A DNA stretch of 52,686 bases from Octopus bimaculoides (taxonomy: Eukaryota): assembly GCF_001194135.2 (NCBI RefSeq), contig NC_069005.1, positions 35,425,799 to 35,478,484 of the forward strand, read 5' to 3'. Below, piece by piece: positions 11,969 to 24,371 of this stretch (its first letter is position 1; every line of letters begins with the position of its first letter). Under the pieces are notes generated by a model. It saw only the letters and a list, made by a program, of their open reading frames with translations, was not told the DNA's origin and ran no database searches. The position numbers and the translations under genes are program-made.

Positions 11969-12184
11969 AATTACTTAATAAAGGAAAAAATGTATGGTAA
12001 ATAAACAAACAACATAACGTATACTAATTGTGAAAATGAACGGGAGACAAACAGGAGGTCCGTAATTCTTCATCAGTTATCAACCAATTAGTAATATTCA
12101 GTTTTGCACTTTTAACGATAAGACTGAGTGCTTCCCAATTGGCAGTTCCTGCAAAAAACAAAAGTTTTCTTGTGGAGGATTAGG

Positions 12185-12415
12185 GACGAGAGCATCTTTG
12201 AAGTTTTGGGGTAGTACCTCCTCCTGCTAGATGAGGTGGAAAAGCTGATGGAGTTTCTCAATCAAGGTCCTGCCGCCCTCTTTATAGATCTCAGCTGGGA
12301 TAGAGTCTGAGCCGGGCGCTTTCCCGGTGGACAACAGGCAGATTGCTTTCTCAATCTCTTCGAGGGTTGGGAGTTCATCCATTTCTTTGTTTACAGTAAT
12401 TTGGGGGAGGCGGTT
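12185..12415 (-). mobile_element. RTE (BovB-like) ORF2 fragment, start of RT
   Basis: RLPQ...DELPTLEEIEKAICLLSTGKAPGSDSIPAEIYKEGGRTLIEKLHQLF. Confidence 0.85.
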
Positions 12416-13975
12416 CATTTTCTGTGACAAACTGTGCCAGAGTATCTAAATTATAGGAAGTTTCTCAGAGAATTTCATGGCACAAATTTTGTTGCTGCCT
12501 GTTGGTAGATGGTAATCCATACTCATGTAGATCTTTCCCTCCCAAATGATGGACTTTATCCTTAAGCAGTATCAGTCTCATTGAGAATATAGCCATTTAC
12601 TTGAAGGTCAAGGCTTGGATTTTCCCTTTGAGCATGATTGAGACATCCTCACTCAGTTCATGCTTGTAGTTCTCCCATAGCTGGAAGAAGGTTGGGTTTT
12701 ATTTCCTCCCATTGAGGGTTGCAGTTGAGAGTGACAGAAATATCTGCTTTTCCATATGTCATAGCATCCCGTGTTCATTTGTGCATATATCGAGGACTAC
12801 CTGTGAACGATGATGGAAGGATAATAAGTTATCCCATGTTTTGAATATGACCATCTGTCCTGAGAACATATTGGAGATGAACATAATTTTAGCCCTTATC
12901 TTTTTTTGATTGTTACGAATGTACAGGAGACACTTACTCTCAACTTTAGCATACACATCAACCAGGTATTGCTGAAGTAGGTCACGATACATGTGTACCT
13001 GATTTGATTGTTCTGGGTAAGAATAGAAGTTGGTAAGAATAGAAGTCATTTGACGACACCTTTTTGTTTGTAATTGGCTCTCTTGTTGTAGATTGAATCT
13101 GTGGAATATTGAAATGATATCCATCTTGTCCATTCCACAAAATAAGAGGATACTGGAGAGCATCATAAGAATGACGAGTCTCTGAAACATGTGTAAGGTT
13201 GTTATCTCGAGCATGAATGAGAATATCCCAATTGTCATGAGGATCACTTTCCATAAGGATGGCTACTTCATTAGGTGTGGGCTCATTAAAATGATGTACA
13301 GGACCAAGAAGTAATTTCTCAGTGCAGATAACAATTTGATAATCATCTTGAGGCTGATATTCAATAACTGTTTTAAAGGTTTGAACCAGGGCATTGTTTT
13401 CATATAACATATTTTGCAAATTGTGAACAATGTTTATATCCAAATTGCTGAAGTTTTGACCCCTCCTTTGAGTTTGTTGCCCAACGTCACTCATAAAGTA
13501 AATTTGGAGGAACTTGGTTGTTCATTTGTGGGTAACAGGGAACCGATGAGATGATAGACTTGCCCTTGAACTTTGAATGTCGGCACAAATCCATATTCAG
13601 CTATCTCCTTAGATGCACTAAGTGATGGCATTTGAAATTCAGAGTTGTATTGTCTGATATTGTTCAGAAAATCCTTTGACTAGATGGAAGTGCCTTCCAG
13701 AAGATCCAGAAGAGGTTGAGGAGTTGCTGGTAGTGCTTGCAATCTTACCTTAATGCCTGAGCAGCGTATGCCATTAGTTTCATTTGGAAATTTGAAAGCT
13801 TTGCAGAAATGACAATTTGAGTGTAGCACACCAATTTGTACAGAATTATCATTTTTATAAGACTGGGATGGATCATATGTGAAATATAGTTGCTTTGAAC
13901 TTGCTATAGAAAGAGGTCTATGTTTGTGATGGTTAGTCAGGGTCAGAGCAGTAGAAATGTGGCCTGGGTGTAGCC
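12415..13975 (-). mobile_element. Helitron RepHel remnant (N-terminal/Rep region, internal deletion)
   Basis: CHFCKAFKFPNETNG, SYDALQYPLILWNGQDGY, LQQYLVDVYAKVE...YIRNNQKK, TLNCNPQWEEIK, then LGGKDLHEYGLP...ETSYN...FVTENEP. Confidence 0.85.
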
Positions 13976-16535
13976 CCAAAAAGTTTAGGAATCACTGATT
14001 TAGGTTAATTAGGTAAGATTTCAACCATTTTGCTGACCATTCAAATTGTCATATTCCCCAAAATATTCATCTAAATTTCATAAATGAGGTATCAAAATGT
14101 TTCTTTTTGGATGTTCTCCAAGAGAAAGTAGAGTAGAAATTGCATTTAAATGTTTTCAAAAATTCATAGTGATATCTACTTAAAGAGCACTAAAAGTATA
14201 GGATAATCAGAGCTATAAAGCTTTTAATCAAGCTTAGGTTCACTCAGTTTGCTCAGCCAGCAGTGAGGAGAAGATCCGTATTAAGGCAACAGCGTAACTG
14301 GGGGTTCAGTTTTGACTTTACCATGCAAACATATTGGGCAAGTGTGTGTCTTCTGCCAAAGATTTGAGTGAAATTTGCCAGGTAGAAAAAATAAAAGCCA
14401 ACTGGGGGATTATTATTCTTGTTGGATAATAGATTTAACCTGTTGCTTGCTTTGACACCACCACCTTATACTTGGGGGCTTTTAATTAAATCCATTCTGT
14501 TGCAAGCATTCAGGCCAGGCCTCCAATCTGAGATGATGGTGGTGGTACCCTCTTCCTCATCCTCCAGGGTTAAACCATCATTCTATGATGAATTAGTTAT
14601 CAGAAAACAATTATACATTCATCCTATTGTGTTGCAACTGCTTTAATAGTATTGATTAGCTTTGGTTAGGAGAAATCAATCAATAACTGATGTTCAAATT
14701 ACTGTTGTTGGTGCTTAGCCCTGTACTCTACTAATTATGTAAAAATTTTATTTGTTTGACATATTCTACAAGCCTTTGTAGCTAAATATTGCTGAATATG
14801 AACCATCTTATTAAATAATTGCCTCCAAACTATCACAATATCCTATTTAGTTTAGGAAGAAATACCAAACAAATCTAAGGTAAGTTACTATATTTAAACA
14901 TCTCAATGAACACCAGTTTTCCATTCACTCAGAATCTCATTGTCCAGTCCTGACAGTCAGTATTCATCGATACAAATTGAGCTATAATTTGTTTAAACCT
15001 TAAATCTAGACAGGTTCTCTTTTTATTAGCTGGTAGTAGACAAATTTGTGAAGGAAAAAGAATAGTAATATAGACTAATTAGTAAAGTAAATATATTGTT
15101 CATTCATATATGAAAAGATTCTCTGATGTCCTTTCACCTACTTCTCATGATTAGTGAAAATATTAATTATTGTTAATTACATATTTTTACAGCAACTTTC
15201 AGTTCTAACATTTGATAGATCACAGAATTCACTTCATCCTGCTTCAAATGTTGCTATAGAAACAATGGATTGTTGGTTACAAATTATGTTAGTAAAATAA
15301 CAACTCTTTATTTCAACTAATCATATCACCACAATCCCATTCTAAACACATTTATGACTATTGTTGTGAGAAGTGATTTGAATTATTGTTGTTGTTCTGT
15401 TCACTGTTAACTGGGGTTGTTTTTTTCCTGTTCACTGTTACCATTGTTGCACTGTTCTGTGTTGCTGTAGTGTTTACTGTTACCATTAATGTTGTTAATG
15501 CATCAACGAGTGCAGCTGTTGATTCGTCTGCTGCAATGGTACAGTTTATATTGAGTTATTGACATGAAATTCCATCTAATTCTGTGTTTGCAACAATTCC
15601 AAGCAGCAACAACAACAACAACAGTAATTTTAGTATTAATATTTATTGACTTTTTAAGCTCATCATTGAAATGTTTGTGTAAATTTAGACTAATTATTTT
15701 GAAATAATTACACTGATTAAATTATGTGTCACTTTTTGTTAGGCATCCATGTTTGTGCACACAAATATGGATGTAAAATGTTTACAAGGCCTTTCTCTTG
15801 TTTCTGAGAGGACAAAACTCCAGAGTAAATGGCATAAAATAATAGTTGAAGCTTTTCTAGGAAATATATTTTAGTTGAGTGGTGTAAATCACGATTTAGT
15901 TTTTGTAAGAAAATTTTAATGACAGATCTTGTGATCTATGGACTGATTGCTTTGAATCCACTGAAGATGAACAACAACAACAACAACAGCAGTAACAGTT
16001 TTATGATTGTCTAGCCTCAGTTTTGTATATGTTGGATCTTGTTTTTTTTTTTCTTAGAATAAAAAACGTATGGATCTTGATGTTACATGCTGGGAATTTG
16101 CTATTTAATAGGATTCTTGTCTCTTGTGTTATATTTGTAAGGCAACTCTCAGTCAATGCATGAAAAGTCTGTCTTGCTATGTATAACAAGCCTGTCATTT
16201 CATTTGCTTATTTATAACATGGACCTGTTAAAATTCTTCTTATATAAAAGTCTTACAACAAACATCTCATCTACCAACTGTCACATTGGATTTCATGTTA
16301 ACTTATATTACACAAAAATAGATGACATGTACCTTATGCTTTACAAGTAATAGAAGTAATTTACCCTGGTGTATATAAATAGAGATGATCCACTCTGGTA
16401 TGTAGAAGCATAAAGGTGATATGCTTTATTGTATTCAGCAGCCATTTTTTCATGTACTTCTTTCAAGTGTTGATAAGGAACAAAAAGAGAGATAGACACA
16501 TGCATGCACGCATGTGCGCACGCACACACACACAC

Positions 16536-16695
16536 AAGACAGGCTTCCTTCAGTTTCTGTCTAGCAAATATACTCACAAGGCTTTGCTCAACCCAATGTT
16601 ATAGTAGAAGATGCTTACCTAAGGTTCCACACAGTGAGACAGAACCTAGAACCATGTGGTTCGGAAGCAAACTTCTTCCCACACAGTTTTATGCC
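16536..16695 (-). mobile_element. tRNA-derived SINE (second family)
   Basis: Minus strand gaagtttgcttccgaaccacatggttctaggtt...aagccttgtgag...gacagaaactgaaggaagcc followed by (TG)n; related copies at 37303 and 40070. Confidence 0.7.
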
Positions 16696-16739
16696 TTAGG
16701 TATTTGGGCTAAATTTGGCGGTTTTTATGTCTCTTATTT

Positions 16740-18345
16740 TCAGGGCTCATCTTGTGGAGTTTCTACCCACAACTTTTCTACATATCAAGCAGGGTCATCT
16801 CTCTGAAGGAATCTGTGATTTGTCTGTTTTCCTGCTTACAGGGACTTTAGTCTTTGCTAAATTAACTCTAAGGCCCTTCGATTCTAGACCTTGCTTCCAC
16901 ACCTGAAATTTCTTCTTGTTTTGGTAGTGATTCAGCTATAAGACCAAGGTCCTCAGCATAGAGGAGCTCCCAAAGCAGCCTGCCTTAAATTACTCTGTTA
17001 TTACCTAGAGGATTATGATGTACAAGTGGGGGCTGAGGACCAATCCTTGGTTTACTCCTACCTGTACACTGAATTCATTGCTATGTCTTGTGTGGCTCTC
17101 ATCAACCACTCATCTCTCCCTTGCTTCTGCATTGACAACCAGATAAAGGAGCGGGGACCTTGTCAAATGCTTTCTCTATGTCAACAAAAGCCGATACAGA
17201 GGTTTATTTTTGGTTAAGTACTTCTCCTACAACTGCCTTATGGGGAATGTAACATCAGTTGTGATTCTCTCAGGCACAAAATCAAACTGCATCTCATCTA
17301 GACTAACTCTCATCTTAATTAATTGAATTATGACCCTCTCTTAACTTTCATCATTTGGTCCAACAATTTGCTAGCTCTGTAATTATTTCTGTCTTAACCC
17401 TTTCGTTACTCTATTTATTTTGAGATGCTCTGTATTTCTTTCAATCAGTTTTAAATATAACAAAGTATTTAGTAAAATAACTTAGTTATCATTAAGCTAG
17501 TGTTAGGAACATAAATTGTGACTAAGGTTTGGTGGAAGATTTTAATTTGAAACTTATGACAACAAGACATTTATACTCAGAGCCAGAGCTGGTTTCAGCC
17601 AGGTTGGTGTCAAAAGGGTTAAGGTGTCACCTTTACCTTTGTAGTAGTCAACCCTGGTGCTGCTATACCAGTCACTGGATATGACTCCCTCGTTTACAAC
17701 TTGATTAAGTATACAGGTGACTAGACTATAACCCACATCATCAGATATTTTAAGCATCTCAGCAGTGATTCCTGATGAACCAGGGGCTTTCTCCTTCATA
17801 TTCTTCATGGCTTCATCTACCAAGCTACTGTCTATCTGCATTACTAGTCCCTCTGTTGGGTCCACCTTAGGCAGACTCTCTTTCTTCCATGTTGTGTTCT
17901 CTACATTTAGTAGCCTTTCATAGGGACACTTCCAAGCCTCACTCTTTGCAGAGTCACTAACTGCAAGTGAACCACCATCTCTGCAAATGCACTTTTCTTC
18001 AACAACATCACGGTTTTCACTGAGACACTGTCTTGCAAACTCAAACACCTCAAGCTGCAGAATATTGGCAAAATTCTTCCTCTCTGCTTCACTCTTGGCC
18101 AAGTATACCTGCCTCCTAGCTTCCCTTCTAGCTACCTGATATAGTCCTTTGCTACTGTCACCCTTCCATGCCTGTTTCTTTGCTCTAATGGTTCTCTTAA
18201 CTACACTATTCCATCACCATGTCACCCTAGGTCTGGTTGGGACTTTGCACCAGTCACAAATTTGGTCTGTGGCTCTCAGTAAGTTGTAGGAATTTCCTGT
18301 TATCCTCTATGTTACATGTCTGTAACCCCTCCTCCTCCTCCTCCT
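16740..18345 (-). mobile_element. RTE LINE ORF2 fragment (RT), interrupted by a MITE
   Basis: KAPGSSGITAEMLK...KGKGD|NNY, ELLYAEDL, WKQGLESKGLRVNLAKTK, then PCLICRKVVGRNS. Confidence 0.85.
17398..17618. mobile_element. piggyBac-type MITE with TTAA target-site duplication
   Basis: TTAA (17394-17397) CCCTTTCGTTAC ... GTGTCAAAAGGG TTAA (17619-17622); inserted into RTE coding sequence. Confidence 0.8.
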
Positions 18346-18963
18346 TAAATAGAATGGCACCATACTACATGTTACTTTGTGCTTATATCAAATATTAAAA
18401 GGCTGCTTATGGCAGCATATTACATGTTCTTTTGCATTGTCTTAGATGTAGAAGCTACTTGATAGCAATTAAAAAATGTTTCTAATTGCTTGTCTTATCA
18501 ACTTGACATTTTATTTTCTGTGCTGTTTGAAGCTAGATTGATATTTTAGCTGACTAAATTTTGTTACCTGACTTCTACACAAGAACAGGGAACAAAATAT
18601 TTATCACGGCACCATGATAAAAACTGTTGTCTCTGATAATCTGTTTACATATCAGGGAACCATTGTTATAGATGAAGGACAGTAATAAAATAAAGAGAAA
18701 ATTAAGGGAGTAGTTAGGAAAGTAGGTGAGAAATATAGCAATTATAACAGGATATTGTGTTAATGTATGTCTGTAATGATCAGTAGGGATCCACTTGTCA
18801 TTGACTATGGCCTTCCCTTTAGTGTTTTTGTTTTTGAAAAATTATATTAAATGATACTCTGGCTTTACATTGAATTAGTACAATTTGTGTGGGTTTATTC
18901 AGGTGTATGCACATGAGTTTATTTGTATCCGTCTGTATGTTTGTGTGTGTGTGTGTGTAAAAG

Positions 18964-19070
18964 TCATTATCATCATCATCGTTTAACATCTGTTTTCCAT
19001 GCTGGCATGGGTTGGACGGTTTGACTGGGGTCTGGCAAGTCAGGAGGCTGCACCAGACTCCAATCTGACT
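18964..19070 (-). mobile_element. RTE LINE 3' end
   Basis: (cat)n-cgtttaacatctgttttccatgctggcatgggttggacgg. Confidence 0.8.
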
Positions 19071-20915
19071 AAGTGAAATGATTAAAATGGATAAAGTATA
19101 AATGAGAAGGCATATCACCTGAAAGCAAATCTTTTAAATTTTAACTGTTTAACTTTTTGCAGTTTTCCATTGATTTTTTTTTTTTTTCTTTTTACATAAG
19201 TTTTTCAAGACCATATTTTATAGAAACTTTACGATTTTTCAAAAACAGATTTTCAAGACAAACTATGTCTGTGTGTTCATCTTCTTGTCTCATATATTCT
19301 GAGCGAGCCGTAAATGTGAAAGTTGATGTCGGACTGCTGCTGTTGTAAAGGCTGTTGCCAGTCTTTTGGCAACAGGGTCTTCTATGCATTGAAATAGACT
19401 CTGCTATCTTTCAGTGTCCGTTTTTGTGAAGGATTCACCCAATTTCATTTAATTACTTTCTTAGTGACTCAAATTCTGATGCACATATCTGAATTCACAT
19501 AGTAATCGATAAATTATGAGACAACAGTTAAGAATATTGTAGTTATGTTACACATGAACTATACTCTTCAGAATGAAAGACATTGGAATAATTTTTGTGC
19601 AGTTCTTCTACATAGAATTTACATTTGTTCCATTCAGTCCATTCTTTTTTTTTTTTTTTTTTTTTTTTTTTGATATGTTTTAGCATGACCCTTATATGAT
19701 GTACCCTTTTGATATTTTTTAATTGTCTTGGTCAGGTTTACATGATTCATCAACGCCTTTTACACTCTTTGAATCACTCGATTATAGCAACTAGGGCCAC
19801 ACAGATTAAGAAAATTTTCACTCGGTTCATCACACTGTATGTCACTGTAGCTAATGCTCATTAACTATGGAGTTATGTAGTTCAACAGGCTATAAATATG
19901 TGCCACATTGTATGAGCAACTAGTAATTTGTTGGTAGTGATGATTTCCATAACCGTTATGAATGTGAAGAAAGCAATGTGAAATAGAAATAATTCTAATT
20001 TCCTATCTCAGTTTGAAATTCACTTGGTTTGCAGGCAATGGTTAGTTTGCAACAATCTTTCATTTAAAAATTGCCTTTTCTCTAATTGGTTTTGAGTTAA
20101 CTCCCTTGCTTTTGTTTGGTTTAGTTAATCATTATTCAACCATGTTTAATTCTTGATACAGTTATTGTCTTGTTGCTCACCTCATTAAGGTTGTTAGTAA
20201 TTATTTCACTATTTGCCAAATTAAACTTTTTCTATACTTTGATCCATCACTAAGGTTGATCTTTTACACACACTCTTTTGTTCTGTATCTTTGTCTTCCT
20301 CTTATGTGTTTATGCATGTTTATATTTATCCATATCTTACTGCTACTAATGGCAACACAGCCTCTGTCTGCTCTTGCATAGCTCTCCAACTTGCCAAATG
20401 ATATTTTTATGTAGCTACATGACTACAAATCAACACAAATTCATTCTTACTATGTTATCCCTGCACTTTTTTTTTAACCTAGTCCAATGTTTCTAATCCA
20501 ACACTTTCCTATTTCTCTTTAATCTTCTCCATGCCATCATTAACTTTGTTGCTAGACTCAAAAATTGAGATAATGAGGATGACAGATAACGGTAATGTGA
20601 ATGGCTGTTAAATGATAGCCTTGTGTCCATTTTTCTGTAACAATTCTGATGAACATATCTCATTAGGTGTTCAGTGATTTGTGTTCACTCAGTAACATTT
20701 GTCCTCTCATTTTCTTTCATTCTGTGTGTGTGTGTGTGTGTGTGTAGTGATGGGGACAGAGGAAGGATTCATAAGTTTCAGCCACAATAATCAGCTTTAT
20801 GGTTTTTACTGCTGAATTCTCTTAGCAACTGATTTTTGCAGTTCAAACATGAAGTTGAATATTATAAAGAGCTGACTGATCCGTTTCAATTGAAGCTGTT
20901 CTTTCTACTACAACT

Positions 20916-21120
20916 ACTATAGTAACTAGGATACTATAAATGCACCACTTCTGTGATTGGAGTACTATGAGTATCATAACACTATGAGTATCATAACACT
21001 AACTAGAGTACATTAGATGTGCCACTATTGTAAACAGTGTATTATAGATGTATCACTATAGTAACTAGAATACTATATTGTGTGCCACTATAGTAAGTGG
21101 GGAGCTATAGCTGTACCATT
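20916..21120. repeat. Degenerate ~31-34 bp minisatellite (actatagtaactag...tactatagatgtgcc)
   Basis: About 5-6 diverged units; includes an exact 17-bp duplication actatgagtatcataac. Confidence 0.6.
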
Positions 21121-23304
21121 ACAGAATTTCTCCACAAAATTGTATATCATTGTAGATACTGGTTAGTATTTTCAATGATATTAGCACTTCATCACTAATT
21201 TTCTGCCATTTTATTAACTAAGGCACACCTCATAAAAATTTGATTGAGTAGCACTGATGTAGTATAAAGTTTTGATTCTGAATGATTAAATGTATTTCCC
21301 ATATCCTGCATGTTATCTTGATTAATTTGGGTTTGAGAATGTTGAAAAGATTTTATTACTGCCACATCTAGCTCAAAAATATATGGCCTAAAAGTTAATG
21401 AAAGTGTCATTACCAATGCTATTCTATGAATAATACACTTCATCCTTCACTGAGTCAGTCTGCCTATCAATAGATATCACTGGATAAGAACAACGCATCC
21501 TTGTAAAATTGAGGAGTATTTTATTAGCTTGCAATGCTTCATTCAACTCTTTGCAAAAGTATAGCTTGAAGGGAGATTATATATATATAAACAGACACAC
21601 TTAAGAAGGAAGGAAGGAAGTGGGCTGTAACAAAGTCTAGAAAACCGCATTCGCTACAGACTGTGCTACTCATACACATAAATGTATGCATATGCACACA
21701 TGTATGCATGCGTGCACGCGCGCACACACACACACACACACAGTTGAAGCAATGATTTTTTTCCCCCCACCTTTTTGTACCCTTTTTATATATAAAATAA
21801 TACAATAAGCCATCATTTTTGATGGCATGGGGGTCAGCTAGTGTATATATAATGATTGTTAGTCTCATGTCTACTTCATTCCACCAAATGCCACTTACCA
21901 AATTCTTCCTCCTCACAAATGTTATTCACTTTGAGTTCTATTTGCAAATGTTGAAGATTGAACAATGACTATAGTAAGCTCCCTAGTCTGAAAGGCTAGC
22001 AGAGTCCGTTGGCACTCTTTTTACCGTCTTAAAAGGGAGTGGATGGCAAATCAACATCAACTGTTTGATCAATACAGAATCATTACAGGTTTGTTTTGCC
22101 TTGATTTATAAACAATTCACTCTTTTTATGAGATTATCCTGTCTGAACAAGCATGCCAAGAATAAAAGCTGTATAATGGTGATGGTAACATTGTTTTTCT
22201 TGTTGTTGTTAGAAATTTCATTTAATTAGGCAAAAATACATTGCTTTTTGCTTGTTGAATAGACTATTTTCATAATAAATAAGAATTTTTTCTTATGTGA
22301 TATCTTGAAGAATATAATTGTTAATGGGGTATCTTTTACACATAATACACATGTATACACTCATGACTACTCTAACCTCTCTGTGTACATAGATACCTGC
22401 ATACTACACCATCAGTAAGAAAATGTCTTTGATGAATATGAACTAATTGACATTTTGTTTAGAGGAGTTACCTAATAGAAGCAAAATCAATATTTAACAG
22501 AAAAATTCACTTGGGTCTTCTGAGTAACTTGTTAGTTCCTGTTGTGGCTTCAATTTCTTGAGTAGCTGCAGAGACTAACTAGACGACTTTTCACTGTTTA
22601 TTTAACACCTGATTTTACTTCCTTTACCATTAATGTCTCGGTTTTACTAAGCTGCAGAGGTCTTCTCAACCACACCAAATCACTAATTGTCTCTATCCTT
22701 TCTCACTGCTTTTTTTAGATCATGTTTTCACCACTTCATCCCATGTCTTCCTCTTCCACAGATACCCTCCACATTTAGAAATCACCACTTCTTTATGCAG
22801 TTGTCTCATCCATATGTCTAGTAGGCTCCTGTGAAACTGTCCCATGCCAGCATGGAAGGCAGATGTTAAATGATGATAATGATGATGATGACTTTTGCAT
22901 TAAACGAGTTCCCGTTGCTAAATAATATTTAAGATTTTTAACAAAGTTATTATGTTATGACTCTATAATGTTATTTTGTTGTTCTTCAGAAGATGTTATT
23001 TTTCGGTCTTGTTCCTAAAGATAAATTGGAACCATTACATATCAGCTGAAATCTTTGTATTTTACCAGAACTTGTTATCTAAAGAAGATTTGTAAAATGA
23101 ACCAGATTCTTGTGATTCATTCTGTGAATTACAAACTTTTAAAAATTATATTCAATTCAATAAAAAGCTAATAAAATTGTTGAAGTCCTTGTAACATATT
23201 TTCTACTTTCTGCTGTTTTCTTTCTTGCTAACTACTTTTGTAAGCTTTCTGAATTTTGTGCAAGTTGACCAATTTTTTTAATTTTTTATTCCTTTTCCCT
23301 TCAG

Positions 23305-23418
23305 GTTATCTTTGTCCTCCTGAAGCCAATATATATGGGATAGATTTCATCCGATTCAAGCTTAGGGACTGTGATACAGGAGAAACATTGTTTGAAGTTC
23401 TCAAACAAGAAGACACAG
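23305..23418 (+). CDS. unc-119: UNC-119 homolog, exon 2 (114 nt)
   Basis: Polypyrimidine tract and CAG acceptor; (G)[31 protein letters not shown]; GTTAG donor at 23419. Confidence 0.97.
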
Positions 23419-23649
23419 GTTAGTGTTTATAAATAAATTGATTTGTTTTCTGGTGTTGCATGCATCAGTATAAGAGTGTCAGTAAACATTATCATACACA
23501 CATAACTGAGGTTCTCCTTTATATGTATTTTGTTGCTATTTTGGAATAAACTTTTATTTAACAATGTTCATACATATTTTGAAGTACAGGTTTCATTGTA
23601 TTAATTTATGCTAATAATTTCTGCCTTCATTGTTTATTCTTGTTCATTT

Positions 23650-24090
23650 TAGGCAAAGATTGAAAAATTAATTTTGAGTAATTTTATTGCATAAGTTCAA
23701 AATGGAATGGAACTGCTCACAGTAACAACCAAGTATTTCACCAAGTGACTATTTATAAATTGACAGCTTAACATTAGTTCCAAAAATGTCATTGTATAGA
23801 TTAAAGCCTTGATGGTGAACGAGAGTGAAAGGTGACCTTCAGCTAGTAATGAGGAATTGAAGGCCCATTATTGAGGCAGGTTCACACAAAACAACTGGAG
23901 AAGTTGTGGAAGAACTAAATGTTGGTCATTATTAAACATTTTTATATCACATTGAAAATTGCCAAAAATCTTGACAAATGAATACTGCATAAGCTGAACA
24001 AAGACAAAATCATTGTTATAAAGTTTGCTCTACACTATTTTTGCTATGCAAAGAAGTGCAGAACAAATTTCATAGTGAGGATCTTTTTCT
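23650..24090 (+). mobile_element. mariner transposase 5' fragment, decayed
   Basis: ...LHKFKM...GRPSASSNEEL(K)AIIEA...TTGEVVEEL, a helix-turn-helix region of mariner type. Confidence 0.55.
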
Positions 24091-24099
24091 TTTCGTTCA

Positions 24100-24228
24100 A
24101 CTTATGCAGCATCTAGCAATAGAAACCATGCCAAAGTTTGGTGCAGTCTATTGGCTTGCCAGCTTCTGTCAAACCATTCAACCCATGCCGGTATGGAAAA
24201 CAGTTGTTAAATGATGATGAGATGACAT
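24100..24228 (+). mobile_element. RTE LINE 3' end (+ orientation)
   Basis: gtcaaaccattcaacccatgccggtatggaaaacagttgttaaatgatgatga is the reverse complement of the (cat)n termini. Confidence 0.75.
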
Positions 24229-24371
24229 TGCACTTGTTGCAGTCTGAAAACACTTCAGGTTTGTTTTTGGCAAATGGGGATGCTAATTCAATTGAAGAAT
24301 TTACTTATAATCCAGAAGAATGCTAAAGGATTATAAATTTATCACAGGATGCAGAAAAAAATTGAAAAAGA

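Noticed and set aside
16000-16480. Protein-like minus-strand fragments (also 19150-19800)
   Set aside because: Short, stop-interrupted, with no motif I can identify; indistinguishable from chance in AT-rich DNA without a search.
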